The notes beneath the pieces were generated by a model. It worked only from the letters and a program-made list of their open reading frames with translations. It made no database searches and had not been told where the DNA came from. A DNA stretch of 51,418 bases, counting the filler, from Catajapyx aquilonaris (lineage: Eukaryota), in NCBI GenBank assembly GCA_000934665.2. It is 2 parts of 2 records of this genome, joined end to end, with 100 filler letters (N's around TTAATTAATTAA, not from the genome) between each part and the next. Parts side by side here need not be neighbours in the genome. Positions count along the whole stretch, not along the records: positions 25,775 to 51,418 come from KZ539331.1; 1 more part is not named here. One strand, written 5' to 3'. Of the stretch, positions 34,901 to 49,481 are shown one piece after another (position 1 is the stretch's first letter; each line of letters opens with the position of its first letter). Made by a program: the position numbers and the translations under genes.

Positions 34901-37614
34901 TTGTCCCTGCTGTGATCAGCCAATATGGCAGATGGGCCCAAGCGGTTTAAGTCAGGGTCAAGTGTTAAATATTTATTGGAGCAATCGGTTATAAACCAAA
35001 CATGTGGGGGGACATGGGGGAATCTTTATGAAAAAGTTGGGCCAGATGGATTTGACTGAAACAAAGTCAGTTGATAGACCTGGACTGTGCCACTTGGCCG
35101 CTAGAGGCACTCAAAGTCACTTTCACGTGGCTCCTATCAGGTTCAATTTCATGTGTTGTCGAGATTCATCAGCTGAGTCGAATGCACCATGTGGCAATTT
35201 TCTGTGACAAATCATTTGGCAGTTATTATTATGTCACACTTACAATCTCAGTACAAGGCCCAATGTTGAACTCAGTTGTGCATTTAGTGGCCAAATGGTT
35301 TGTTGTTGTTTGTTTGTTTGTTTGTTTGGGGGGGNNNNNNGGGGGGGGTGTTGTGCTTGATGGCCAAAAATGACAAGGGGGCGGGCCACCTAGCATGGGA
35401 AGCGATGGGAAGATATCACTATTAATTTATTCTTAAAAATCATGGTGAGTGCCATAGCAGGCTCAGCAACCTTAACAATACGATGAGGATTTTTTAATGA
35501 ATTCAACAATGATTTGTCTTGATTGCTGCCTTTGTTTGTAGCAGCTCAAAATAATTCCTGAACTTTTCAGTATTGTTACACATGTTGTGGAGTCCAGTGA
35601 TAGAACTTATATCAATCAATCAATCAATCAATCAATATTTTTATTTAACCTCCCTGTATCAAACTCAGGGAGGGACTCCCTCCTTTACATGACCTTTTTC
35701 TTTTTCCAAAAGTAACAAATACATACATATTGACCTGGACCAGTTTTTTCCTTGGTGGGTCAGTGGGGGGAGGGGGGGGGGGAGGGGAGGGGAAGAAATA
35801 GAAATGATAGAAATGAAGAAATGAAGAGAGCTCAGCTACAGGCTTATAGGTTTAGATGCCATTTCGCCACATATCTTAAGAAGAGGAACAGTGCTTTGGT
35901 GTCACTCTGGGACGGAGCCGCAAAAATCGTAGTAATCCTATTTCTAGGAACTAGGGGAAGATTTCGGAGAAATGCGCGCCTTCCTCCAACGAACATAGGG
36001 CATTCGTAGAGGATATGGTACCAATCGTCAGTTTCATCTTGATTACAAAGGCCACAAGTTTCTCCTTTATTTATTTTTACTGATTTTACTGATAGAACTT
36101 ATATTTGGCATAAAGGTAGTGTTCCATATTGGCATTTGGGTCTCAAACGATAGGATAATATCCACTGTTATCTTGAATGAGCAGGGTGTGACTCTGGCAG
36201 CCATTTTGAATCCAATAGTGTTATCTTCACAATCTAGCCACATACATCCTGTCTTAAAATAGTAAGGTTGGTCTCTTATCGCCTTAGGGGCCTGACGGGG
36301 TGTTTTGCGGCACCTGGCTGCATGATAGTACTCATCAGGCATGAAGACATTTGGCGACCCTACCGGACTGCTCTGAACATAGGTAGACGAGAAGAGCTTC
36401 TCTTCTACGTAAGTTCAGAGCAGTCCGGTAGAATCGCCACAATGACATGTCTGTGAAGCCCTGACAAGCGCCATTACGCGGCCAGCTCCAGCAAAACACC
36501 CTGTCAAGCCCTGTAAGGCGATAAGAGGGGAGTGACCAGACCTTACTATTCTAAGACTATGAATCTACCATACCTTCCTACCAAGCTGCCATGGTTTCAG
36601 TATGGTGGCCCACAGTCAGGGAGCCAGACCTATGCACATCGCAATGGGATTCGAACATGTCCAAACAGCGATAAAGCTCAATATTATGCTCCTCTTTAAA
36701 TGGTTCCTCAGATTCCCTTTATTAATAATTAATAACCTGTGCAAATTAATTGTTGCCTGAGCGCGGTACAGGGTTAACAATGTAATAATAGTTCCAGATT
36801 TATCAACTACATCTAAGACCCAGAAGATTCGTAGAAAGTAGCTACTATAATCATGATAGCTTTCAAGCAGAATAGTTTCACAGCGCGATTACCAACCACA
36901 TCTATTTGCATTGGAGTGAATACTGCCATCTGTCGGCTGGAGTGATGATCTCCTAATACTTATCGACACCAATCCTACGAAATAGCATTTGTAATTTGGA
37001 AGTGACCCAAGGTGGAACACTACCTTTCACCCCGAACTATGCTTCCAGAATTGTAAATGAACCTATTATTTTGAGGTGGTGACAATGTACTAAAAACTAG
37101 GGAGGGGAAGAGGTAGTTTGCCAAATCCCAAATGATAATTCAGGGGCAAATAGGAATTTTAAAATGTCAAAAATGTAATGACAGAATATGTGCATTGCTT
37201 CTATGTGTGGGATGTTGGTGCCTGTGGGATTTGCATGATTCTTCATTGCCAATTGTTTAGAAATGAAAAAAAATAATCACTGCAACTAAGTGCTCCTGGC
37301 CATAATTTATTTACTTCATGTCATGATTAATATTACAAAATATAATGAAACAATGCATAGATATTGTAGATTGTTAATTTATTGTTCTAATACATTAATA
37401 AAAGCAGCTGGAGTTCCTTTATCAACAAATGTGGACTAACCTGAAAGTAGGGACTGCATGCTGATAGCACCACCTTGTGTGCCTTGAGGAAGTGTCCCTC
37501 CGCGGCCAGGGTGACATCAACCAGGGTCTCGCTCTCCAAGAGAGTATCAAAAACTGATATGAGCGTGCTCTGGTGGTTGTTCCATCTCAGACAGAACTGT
37601 TGTTCAGTCCCCAT
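28945..37614 (-). CDS. lola: longitudinals lacking, constant region (BTB/POZ); exons 37441-37614 and 28945-29707; variable 3' zinc-finger exon not seen
   Basis: [115 protein letters not shown] closely matches the Lola BTB as recalled; REGSVSP..KRRRR and EPKSE motifs; ends AQPGPSH..GA with a phase-1 donor CAG|GTCAGT at 28945. Confidence 0.88.
30060..30320 (-). mobile_element. SINE family B
   Basis: 15-bp TSD TCATTTACCTCATAT (30045-30059 / 30321-30335); tail (reverse strand) CCCCTAAGAGGCCCAAGGAGGCCTATCATGGGGTA. Confidence 0.88.
30470..31151 (-). mobile_element. SINE family C split by a later insertion
   Basis: Head at 31111-31151 and body at ~30470-30699 match the 18062/20122 copies. Confidence 0.7.
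30700..31102. mobile_element. TIR-less CAC..GTG element, copy 2, 8-bp TSD
   Basis: CCAGGACC|CACGGTCGAGG ... AATGGGGTG|CCAGGACC, inserted in the tRNA-like head of SINE C. Confidence 0.8.
31420..32195 (+). pseudogene. Decayed Tc1/mariner-superfamily transposase with local inverted duplication
   Basis: Fragments [36 protein letters not shown] resemble the WFQHDGAPPH / [13 protein letters not shown] motifs; ~31495-31605 is an inverted copy of ~31920-32020. Confidence 0.7.
32217..32731 (-). mobile_element. Long SINE: family A head with family C-type tail and (TAA)n/(TTA)n end
   Basis: Head nearly identical to 9278; TSD ATAAGAGA(T/C)CCTA (32204-32216 / 32732-32744); tail (reverse strand) AATAAAGGTCTG..CACTACCCCAGTTATAATAAT. 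Confidence 0.85.
33063..33222. mobile_element. Small Tigger-like MITE
   Basis: TAGTCAACTCCAGATA ... ATCTGGAGTCGACTA inverted ends. Confidence 0.5.
33800..34045 (+). pseudogene. Mariner transposase relic
   Basis: ORF fragment [16 protein letters not shown] resembles the mariner GWEVLPHPPYSPDLAP motif. Confidence 0.5.
34082..34330. mobile_element. Palindromic PIF/Harbinger-like MITE
   Basis: CGCCGCTACACAAATTCGGCGGAAGGCTGAGCGGGCGG ... CCGCCCGCTCAGCCTTCCGCCGAATTTGTGAAGCAGGCG|TAA. Confidence 0.75.
36250..36561. mobile_element. Palindromic MITE (CATAGTCTTAG terminus); half copy at ~2090-2225
   Basis: GTCTTAAAATAGTAAGG..TCTTATCGCCTTA / TAAGGCGATAAGAG..CCTTACTATTCTAAGACTATG. Confidence 0.65.
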
Positions 37615-39002
37615 TTTTTTATTTTATTTTAAATGACCTGTAGTGAAAAATATTATCAAATGAGAAACCAATGTGGAGGCAGTAAAAGTAAATTATTACA
37701 TTACAGAAAACACTGTTCTCATCAATGATGGATGATAAAATATTGTACTGTACAATACCAGTATATAAAATCATTTTTAAAGCTTTTCTTTAATCCACAA
37801 TTAAGAATACACAGCTTTCGCCTACATTCATAATCATGCATTATAGTTGATGTGGTATGTCGAACAAGGATGTTATCCTCTATTATACACTTCATACATC
37901 GCAGGCTCATGGGGCAGAGAACAGTGTATAGGACTACATATACTGTAATACCAATATGCTAAAAATTACGTGAGGCTATACAAAGCAGGAAAATACAAAA
38001 ACATTCCTATGCCACTTTGCAATCACCAAATTATTGCAAAGACACAGCGAGTGATTCTTTGCAAGAAAAAGTTTCAGTCCTGTTCAGTCCACTCATCTTT
38101 CCCCTCTGCATGCCTCATGTAAGCATTTAGCAATTACAAAATGTTAGTATTATTCTGCCTGTGTAACCATTCACAGTATGGATGCTTTCCTTGTATTGAT
38201 TTTAACATTAATCAATACAAGAATGTAGATTGCAAATGTTCACTTATGAAACCTACCCTCTCACTCAAATGAATAACTTAGGTCACACTCGAGGTCACAC
38301 TGTACTTTTTCGATTCAAGAACAATCACATGCAAATGACCTGCAGGTGCACAAGTACAGCCAAAATGCCTTACGCTTATTTTTTCCCCCACACCCTTCCA
38401 GCCTCCATTTCCTGCCCTACGCACACCCTAGGAGTCGAATCCCCCTCCCTGGAATCTCCAATACAACTCCCCGCAATTCCCCCTCACCCCCCATTGAAGT
38501 CGATTTTTTCAGCACTCCCAGTACACCCTCCCCCCNNNNNNNNNNNNNNNNNNNNNNNNNNNNNNNNNNNNNNNNNNNAAAAAAAAAAAAAAAGAAACAA
38601 AAAATGCCGAAATGCGTTAAAATACATTGTGACCCACCCCCGCACATACCGCATCACCCCCCGACCGACGGACCCGCGCACCAGCACTAACCAGTCCGAA
38701 CCAGAGCCACAAAAACCGATCCCCCGACCCCCAGTCTGAAGACACCCGAGGCCTTAAAACCGAAACAGGCTTCGCTCTTTTTTAGCCCTCTCTCCCTGGC
38801 TCTCCCCCACCTCTCCCGTCGCCTTGCTTCTTCCTCCGGCCTCCCCTACCCGAGCCATCAGCCAGATCTGCGTGATCGCGACGGTCCCTTTTGTCCCTCC
38901 GGGGTCTTGTACCTTGTGTGGTGGCGGCCCAGGGGCAACCAGCCCGGCCCTCGGAAATCAAGCGGGCGGGGTAGGGGCAGCGCTATTTGGTCGGAACCGT
39001 AC

Positions 39003-41533
39003 CTGAGAAGATGGGGTGGCCTCAGCCGCAGCCCGAGAACACAATGGCCGACTCCTGATTGGGCAGACGATTCGGGGAAGATTTCTCGGATTGGCTGAAT
39101 GGCTGGGGCGGACGGGGTGGGGGAGGGAGGGTGTTGGAGGAGGGGGAGACAGGGAACGACATCGGAAGGGGGAGGGGGTGGGATTGAATATGGAATGGCG
39201 TCATTCGAAGAAAAAAGGGTGGACAGACGAAGGGGCGGATGACTACAGAAACATCAACACGGTACTGTACATGGATCATGACATGGATGGAGAGAGGTCG
39301 TCCAGGGGACAATGTAGTCAGCCGGCCACCACGGAGATGATCAAGGTCGACATCAGTTGGGGATGCGCGACTATTTTATTCAAACCAAATAAATGAATGA
39401 ATTGACAAAAATTGCGATGATCGCCGCGGAACTTCACATCCACAGTTTAGCCTGTTCGTTTCATTGTTTACTGCATTGTCTTGTTTTGTTTTCGTATTTG
39501 TAATATCACCGAATGAGTTCAAAGATCATTTACCTTATCGCAACACCTGTGTAGCATCTGTTCCAATCATAACACCGTAGTTTCTGGCACACTCATGCTG
39601 TGAGTCTGTGAGACTGTGACTGAAACATCGACGCACCGCTGAAAATTTTTCAAAGTAGCCGGGCTTTAACTGGATTCAAAATGGCGGCCAAAGAGAGCCA
39701 TGACATCTTATTGGAGTATTTAAACAGTGCTGCCAATGTAATTTGATTGGAGAGAGTTTTTTTCAGTGACATGGCAGTTCATCTCGGCATGATTTATGAA
39801 TTTGGCATTTGTCACGATTCTTACGTCTGACTGGTAATGACATGGGTACTATCAAGGTACTATGTACTGTACAGCCTTCGACCATTCATGACTTCAATAT
39901 GAATGGTGGTCCAATCGATAAGGAATAACATCACAAAGGCAGCCAATGGGAAAATGTGAACGAGGTCTGAAATTAGCCTCCCGCAGCAGGATCAAAGAAC
40001 ACTATAATTCTTTGATTGAAGACCTCTGTGGGACGACTGTTAGTGGTGCGCGTATTAAACTGTAGCCTACTATCCAAAGTGATCCAAAAAAAAAACTGTA
40101 CTTATATCCGATTGATTGTCACTTAGTTGTCACTTACCTGCTTATTAATGACAAATTACTTTTGCAAAATTACTTGTAGAATATATAGTTATCGAAAATA
40201 TAACTGCTAATATACCGTCTATTATGCTGAACTGAAATTCGAATACCGGTAATATATCCATTCAAGCAAAGTGTTTTCAATTTATATATTGGCCTGCTGG
40301 CGCAGTTTGCATCTCATGTCAACTTATTGTCAAGGAACTCTCTTTGTACAGCAGTACTGTACGTAGGCCTACAGCCGTACAGGACCACGTCTCATGTACC
40401 CTATTGCCATTTGCCTAGTGATTTCAAACAGCATCCACCGCACTCTTGCAATATGTCAGCTATATAGGTTTCTGCATTAATGGCATCATTATAGCTCTTG
40501 ATGGCATATATTCTACGTAGATTTCCTGTGGACTGAATAATATCAAGAGCTAATGATAATATAAACTTAACAGTGCAGTACTATCACCATTCATGATTGA
40601 ACTTATTGTTATTGAATATCATACGTGTTAGTTTTCCTACTCTTACCCGCTCTTACCAGTGCATGGTTGATATTAGAGTTGGCGACACTTCAGGGGGAGC
40701 AAAGGGGAGGGGGGAATTAAAAACGCGGGCGGGAAGATGAGACAGCATGATATCGCAGGCATGACGTGTATGTGACAGGTAGATTAGGTCCACTTTTCCC
40801 TGGTTCTACGCAAGTATCGCATTCGTGTGACTGGTGTGAGGCGTACAGAGGAGTCAGCTGCTGTGGTCGTCCCCTTTCCCCTGTTTTCCTTTTCTTTCGT
40901 TTCCCCCGGCTAAATGAAGAGGCAGGACATGCGGTGAGTTGGCTGCACTGCATCTAAGGAAAAGCAAGATGGATGGGGAGGTGGGAGGGAAGGGTGCAGA
41001 AGTGGGGGCGGAGGAAGACTGGAGAAAGCAGACGAAAAAACCGGAAGCAAGAGACGAGCAGCCCCCGGGCTTGTTATCTTTTTCCTCCTTCCTCCCTCGC
41101 TCTCGGCCCAGCAACTCCTCTCGTCCCTTTCTTCCTGGTTTTCTCTACTTTCCCCGGCTGTCTTTCGCCTGGGAGAGTAGGAATAATAAGGCTGAGACTG
41201 GGAGGGTCGTATCCGTGTCGGGGACGGTAACTATGGGATGTGGAGATGGGAATAATAACAGCTGCAGCAGCCTGCTGATGTTGGGTGACGAGCTGGATGT
41301 ACAGACGAGTAAGGTATTGGCTGTAGGATATTGTGTAGGAGGGTGGCAGTGGCTCTCGGGGTTTGGATGCAGGGCAAGGCTGCAGTCTGGTGTGGAATAA
41401 GGTCAAAGCAGTCATCAAGTCAGATCTGCCCAGGGAAGAAGAGTCTGCTGCAGCATCAACTGTTAGCTGGAGAATATACCTAGTGGCAGGCGGGCAGGGC
41501 AGCAACAAAAAGGAACTAAAGTGAGCTACTAGC
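39003..41533. promoter_or_regulatory. lola/psq divergent promoter region with candidate alternative lola 5' exons
   Basis: Minus-strand initiator-like TCAGT at ~39623 and ~40234, each followed within ~100 nt by strong donors (39534 AAG|GTAAAT; 40138 CAG|GTAAGT); third donor at 39003 (CAG|GTACGG); YY1/pho-like AAAATGGCGG at ~39678; shared acceptor at 37637. Confidence 0.5.
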
Positions 41534-43498
41534 ATGAGTGGGGCTACAAGTGGGAATAATGGACATCACCAGCACTACTGCCTAAGGTGGAACAACTACC
41601 AGTGCAACATGACCTCTGTCTTCCATCAGCTGCTACTTGATGAGGCATTTGTTGATGTCACTCTCGCCTGCAATGAAGCCTCGCTAAAGGCACATAAGGT
41701 GAATAAAAATATATGCCGACACATGCATGGCAGATGCCCCTGCTATTATGCATTGACTGCATACAAGGCTTGTCAATATAAATTTAATTATTTTTCTCTT
41801 TACCTCCACCTCCCCAGGTAATCCTGTCAGCCTGCTCCCCATTTTTTCAGAAGCTCCTCCTAGAGAACCCCTGCAAGCATCCAGTGATAATCCTTCCCCA
41901 AGAGGTCAACTTCCAGGACGTGAAGTCTATCATTGAGTTTGTATACAAGGGTGAAATTGATGTGACTCATGACCAGCTGCAAGATCTGATCAAGACTGCT
42001 GACCAGCTCCAGATCAAGGGCCTCTGTGAAGTATCTGAGAAGGAGTGCCGAAGGAGCAAAGAGGCCACTGCTAAGCGGATTGTGCGCTACCGACTCTCTC
42101 ATTTCCATAGGCGCAGAGTTACTGACCCTGCCAGACGGATGCTTAAGCGTCGTCAATTATCATCCCCTTGTATTCAGATTGACTCTCAGCCAGGGTTGCC
42201 CCCAGCGCCACCAACATTCATTTCCGAGGCACCTCAGGCAGAGTTCCCAGTGTGGTCAGCCCCTCATCCACCCCCTCTAGAAAAAAGGGCATGCTACACG
42301 TCAGAGATGGTGAAGGCAGAAGAAGCCTTGGCTATGTTCTCCCATCCACATCACCAGGCTGCACCTCCTCCTGTGGCTGAGGAGGGCCCGAGTGGGAGCC
42401 TCATTCCAGATCTGCCTGGCAACATGCCACCTGATAGAGAGCAGCAAAGGAGAAGAGGAATAGGGGTTGCAGATGAGCAGCAGCAGAGGAGAGGAGAAGG
42501 GACAGGAGATACTATATTTGGGGCTGAGGAGATGAACTCAATCAAGGTAAGTGATCTTTGCTTTGGAATCTTTTTGTAGCCAAATAAGTGTAATTGAATT
42601 TTCAATGGAAGGTGTGGATCTTGCATTATATTATTTTCTTGTTTCCTAGTCATTTGAAGAGGACAGCAGTGCCATGACAGTCACCCCTGAGCTTCCGCCT
42701 CTCCTGTCATCCACTTCTCTTGTCCCAAACAACAATGCCACCAGCAACTCATCCCTCTCCTGTACCTTAGCCCCACTAGTGGAAAGCCTCGACAGCTCAG
42801 GACAGGCACGCTGGAGCAAGACATGGACACAGCAGGACATGGATGCTGCACTTGAGGCCCTCCGAACCCATGCTCTGAGCCTCACCAAGGCTTCAGCCAC
42901 CTACGGCATCCCATCAACTACCCTATGGCAGCGTGCACATCGCTTAGGAATTGACACCCCAAAAAAGGAGGGCCCTGGGAAGACTTGGACTGAGGAGCAC
43001 CTAGGGGCTGCCTTGGAGGCTCTTCGCTCAGGAAAGATCTCTGCAAACCGAGCGTCAAAAGAGTATGGAATCCCCAGCAGCACTCTATATAAAATAGCCC
43101 GCAAGGAAGGAATACGTCTTGCAGCACCTTTCAATGCAGCCCCAACAACGTGGTCAGCAGGAGATTTAAACCGAGCCTTGGATGCTATCAAATCTGGGGC
43201 ATCTGTACAGAGAGCAGCAGCAGAGTTTGGAATACCAAGTGGGACTTTATATGGGAGGTGCAAGCGAGAAGGAATTGAACTGCAGAAAAGTGTTGGGGTG
43301 CCCTGGAGTGAAGATGACATGGGACGGGCACTAGATACAGTGAGAATGGGGGACATGAGCATCAACCAGGCTGCCATCCATTTTAACCTACCTTACTCAT
43401 CTTTGTATGGAAGAGTCAAGCGGGTCAAGTCTGAAGTGGTGGACGTGGCAGATGTGGTACATGATGGCCTTGACTTTGTGGCTGCTTTCCAGGACTGA
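41534..43498 (+). CDS. psq: pipsqueak (BTB plus 4 HTH_psq motifs), 580 aa; exons 41534-41698, 41818-42546, 42650-43498
   Basis: [44 protein letters not shown]; four psq repeats ([73 protein letters not shown]); in-phase GT-AG introns. Confidence 0.95.
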
Positions 43499-44692
43499 CG
43501 TATGACTGAGCAGGATGGACGAGTGTGACATGGAGGTTTGGTGCTCATTTCTGATGTTACGATCTAGGTTCTCCCCAATGACGAGATGGGATTACTGGGC
43601 CATCTCGCTTCTGTTGCCTACACTTGATTTTCTGGTACATTTAAATCCCACAATTTGAGGTGCAATGCCAAGTTTGAATATTATGAACATACCACTCCTG
43701 TGTGATGTATTTTTGATATGGAGTATTGAGTTTCTGATGATACCTTATCAATGATTATTTTAATTCATTAAATATTTTTGTATGTGAGGTAATGGTATCC
43801 ACATAGTTAATACCCTTTTGCTGGTGGAGTTGTCGTAAATTTCAGGTCTTTCATCTTCATTTTAAGTAAAAAAACTGTCCATGAAATTATAATAACCCAC
43901 TTGGAATCACTGAATATGTGGCTGGCATATGTCGGAGTCAATGTTTTGTTTCCCGTATCTTTTTCTTGATATCTGCCACATTTATGACACCGTACTAATT
44001 TTAAGCAGTTCAGATTAATATTTTCCTTTTTTGTTTGACAAAGTTTATATTTTCAAGTATGCCTTACATGTTATGTGAGGAGGTTGCCAGTTAAGTTTTT
44101 TAAAACAGGTAACGGGTAACTGTATAACTTACAGTATATGGATACTTGCCCTGTTGAGAATTCACCTTTGGCAAGTTTGGTGTGCAACAGAACTACACTG
44201 TCATCGGAGAGAATATTTGTAGTGGCTGGCAACACCAGTGTAAAATGGCAGGTCTCAGCTCTCAGGTTTCTCTTCAGTTAGGTTGGCCAGCTGTTATTAA
44301 ATTGTGGTCACACTAGTTACTTAAATAAAACTGCTAAATAACTTGATACTATTCTAGCAGCATGGAGCTATCTAAGAAAAGTGCTGTACTGTACTGCCAT
44401 CACACAGTTGTCAAATGAATATCACAGATGCCCGAAATGCCATTTCTTAATGTCTGCATTCAGTACACATTTCAATAGCTGGTAATAAAATGGTAGAAAG
44501 GAAGATTTAGAGAGTTGACCCGAGCATGTATGCAGCCGAGCCAGAGTTTAAAATTTTGTCACCTGCAGCGGGCTTATTTGGTTGGGAGGGGGGGGGGGGG
44601 NNCCCCCCCCCCCCCCCCAACAACGACGTCTAAGATCTGCCACTGCTTGGGAGTATGGGAGTAGGGGAAGGAGCAGGTCCAGCTGGTGGATA

Positions 44693-44854
44693 CTGTGCTG
44701 GCCATATATGGAGGCAACGACTAGCAACGTTTTCCCGAAGCGGCAGAAGAAGGAATCGAAGATAAGCATGCTACAAGCCGGGCGAGCAAGATTCCTTCTT
44801 CTGCCGCTTCGGAAAAATGTTGCTAGTCGTTGCCTCCATATATGGCCAGCACTG
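44693..44854. mobile_element. Palindromic Tc1/pogo-type MITE
   Basis: TA|CTGTGCTGGCCATATATGGAGGCAACGACTAGCAAC ... TTGCTAGTCGTTGCCTCCATATATGGCCAGCACTG|TA. Confidence 0.85.
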
Positions 44855-45570
44855 TACAGTTCTGGGAGGGAGGGATTTAGGGGAGGAGGGAGTCAGCTAC
44901 AACTTTTCAACCAAACCACACATACTACTGTAGGGTACACTTAATTTTTGCAAGTGCTGATGCATACTCAGTTCTGGCACACACCAAATGTGTAAATATG
45001 TTCATGTCGGGCACCCCATGCCCCCCATGCCTTAAGTTTGGTAAAAGTTATTTTAAGGTTTTAGCAGAAATGAAGTAATAGTTAAAGGAACTATTATTGC
45101 TCTTGCAGTACTGGATTACCATCCTAGCACCCAATAGAACTGCAACGTCATTACCATATTTATTTGCTAGAAGATGATAAAAATTAATAGCTGCATTGTC
45201 AGTGGAAAGGTTCCTATCAAGTAAAGACACATCTGTAGGAGGAGGCCTGTTTGCTTATAGTTTATCCGTGAGATTTATAGTGCATAGATGTTTGATAGTG
45301 TTTGCCATGGTTGTTTTCTTAAGAATGGAGAAAGTGAGAATTGCGCACCAGAATACTGAGCTGAGATCGAGGGGTCGGAATGTTGCAAATTCACAATTAT
45401 TTTAAAGTGTCAAGAGTTACAGAGGGCTGTAGGAACTGGCTGTATAATCTTCATTTCCATTTTTATGGTGTAGACAGACAACTAATAATTATTAAGTCAC
45501 ATATGATTAGCTGCACCTGATATTTAATGACATGGATGATTTTGCAATACTGGTGGTGTATGAGTTAAGG

Positions 45571-45827
45571 CAGTGCTTCCCCATCTTTTTTGTTGGTGAC
45601 CTCAGAAAAGCGTCTCATAAAATTCGTGACCCCTTCTTTCAATTCCAACCGCCACTGTCAATGGCAATCATTGATAAATTAACACATCCTCTCTTTTACG
45701 GTCATATTTTTTCAGAGAGATATACGGTAATGATTGTGTTAAAATCATTTGTTACCCTTTCAAACGACCCAAAATATTATGTTCGCAGCCCCATATGGGG
45801 TCGTAACCCACAGTTTGGGAAGCACGG
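45571..45827. mobile_element. hAT (Charlie-like) MITE
   Basis: AGTTAAGG|CAGTGCTTCCC ... GGGAAGCACGG|AGTTCAGG (8-bp TSD, one mismatch). Confidence 0.75.
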
Positions 45828-47992
45828 AGTTCAGGTTAACTACAGAGTTTGCACTTGCTAAACTCGACCACTGTAGGAGATGAGTAAGGGTAGTGCATAT
45901 TGATTGTGACCTCATCTTGAGCACATCTGCTTTTTAGAGTAACTGCACCTACCCTCAAGCATCTATGCACGGAAAATCTGGCGAGTAATAACCAAAACAA
46001 GTGTCCTGCATATTCCCAGTCTTACATGGTAGGCTCCTTTATTCACAGTTCAAGTTAAAAAGGAGTGGAAAACATCTGCATGAGGATTTAAATGTCATAG
46101 AACACATAAGATTATGTTTGTTTCATTGGGGAGTAGGTTCAGTTTGAGTATGTATTGTAAAAGTGTGCAGGAAGCAATGGTTATGCAAGGGGGACCAACA
46201 TATTTTGTGCAGATTCATGAGAGAAACTCATTTTCATTCCATGTGTCATTTAAAATTTTTTGCTCTGTGGTACTGTTGCAATGCACCTAATGCAACTCTA
46301 TGTTAGTGTTTATACGTATTTGCCTCTTCCATATAATTACCTTTGCTAGTCGCAACCACTGATAAATGTGTACATAGAGTTTAAACTAGGATGTTAAAAT
46401 GTAAATATAGTTAATGTTGTTGATGTTCATAGATCAAGAGGATTTTAAGATACTGTTATTTAGTGTGTATGTCTGCGTAGATAAGTCAAACAATATGTAA
46501 TTTGGAAATTAAGATGGTATTCACCAATTACATCTCTGCACCCCTGGTATGTAAGTACTGTATTAAATTGAAACCTATAAACTCTACCTCGATTATTACG
46601 ATGAAGGGTGGATAAACTTGATTATTGAAAGCATTTGAACGGGTTGAACAAAAGTCAAATGGAAGTGCCTGCATTTTTTGTAATTTGGTACTACTTCATG
46701 AGAAATTCCCATAATATTTCTATTGTCTCCATCTGACTGCTGTTATGTTAATTGCAGAAATATTATAACAATGCTGCTTTTTTGTTAACTATTTCTTGTA
46801 TCAAAGGATTGCCTCATTCTGCAGAGAGTGTTGCTTGGTGTATAGAGAGTAATAGCTGATATGATGAGTGATAGTGATGTTATTTTAATTGTGATTAAAT
46901 GTAATCATGGATTGAAAACATAACCACTTGATGAGTTCCTGAAAATATATGACTAAGTTGTTAATGTGGTGGCATTTGCTCAATTTTTATAGGACCTTTG
47001 AAGAAGCAAAAACTGGTATGCTATTTCTTTTAACTGCCTTTGTCTTCGTATAATATTATTTTGATTTGCAATGCACACACCCATTCTCAATTATTTCCTT
47101 CGTGGAGAGGTGCTGCTAATGTGTTGATGGCATGGACTAATTAATCAGATGCACAGGAAATATTTTTATATAGTGACGGAAAGGGAAAAGCAAAGGTGAC
47201 TGAAGAAATGGGGAGATAAGTTTTGTCTCCACAAAAGCAAACTAGTCTCTCACGCTTGCATCAAAGAAAAAATATACAGTATTTGTTGTTGAAACTTGAA
47301 ACTTATATGTGATTTTTTGGGGGAATTTGTGCCACTGCATTATGAAATGTTACACACCAGCAGTCTTATTGCACAGTTTATCGTGTTATTTCTAACATTC
47401 TCCATTTATCTGTGAGAGTGCCCATTAGCATAATACGTCAATAAATCATGATTGATATGTGCACATTTTTATTTTTATTCATTTTCCAGAAGAAAAAACA
47501 TGATTTTACGACATATTGGCACCATGTAATTGCTTCGTTAGCATTTCCTTCACTGATAGATTCTTCACTCTAGCAAGTATAGTAGAATGGCTCTATACTA
47601 GTGTGATTCTTGAATTGCTCATGTGTCACAAGAGATAAGAAGCTCCTCCGTTGACGTCGCGTCGCCGGAACACAAGTGCGGAGAGCGGCAATTTTTAAAC
47701 ACTGGCAAGTCATGACCACCTGGCTACCTTGTCACAGATTCATTCCCTGTGAGCTGAGCTGATGAGATTCAGGCCGGTGCTCGGCAGTAGCTTCGACTGC
47801 AGTTGTCTGGTCAGTCAGACACTTTCCATCAAGCTTTCCATGCACTTTGGCGCCGCTCATCATTCTCCCAGCGATGCGAAGTGAGGAGCCACCTGGCATC
47901 CCTGTCCACCTGGCACCCCTTCCCGCATTCTCCCTCCCCCACTCCCCTGCCTCCCTCCCTCCTCCCACCCAAAGCTGCCGATTCATTCGTGA

Positions 47993-49481
<1,489 letters not shown>

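Noticed and set aside
10668..37614. Hrs-lola convergent synteny as established fact
   Set aside because: The adjacency crosses the synthetic spacer and cannot be verified from this sequence.
40939..41535. Two opposing 153-aa ORFs upstream of psq
   Set aside because: GC-rich 5' UTR/promoter sequence with no domain signal.
42901..43377. 158-aa minus-strand ORF
   Set aside because: Antisense shadow of the psq HTH exon.
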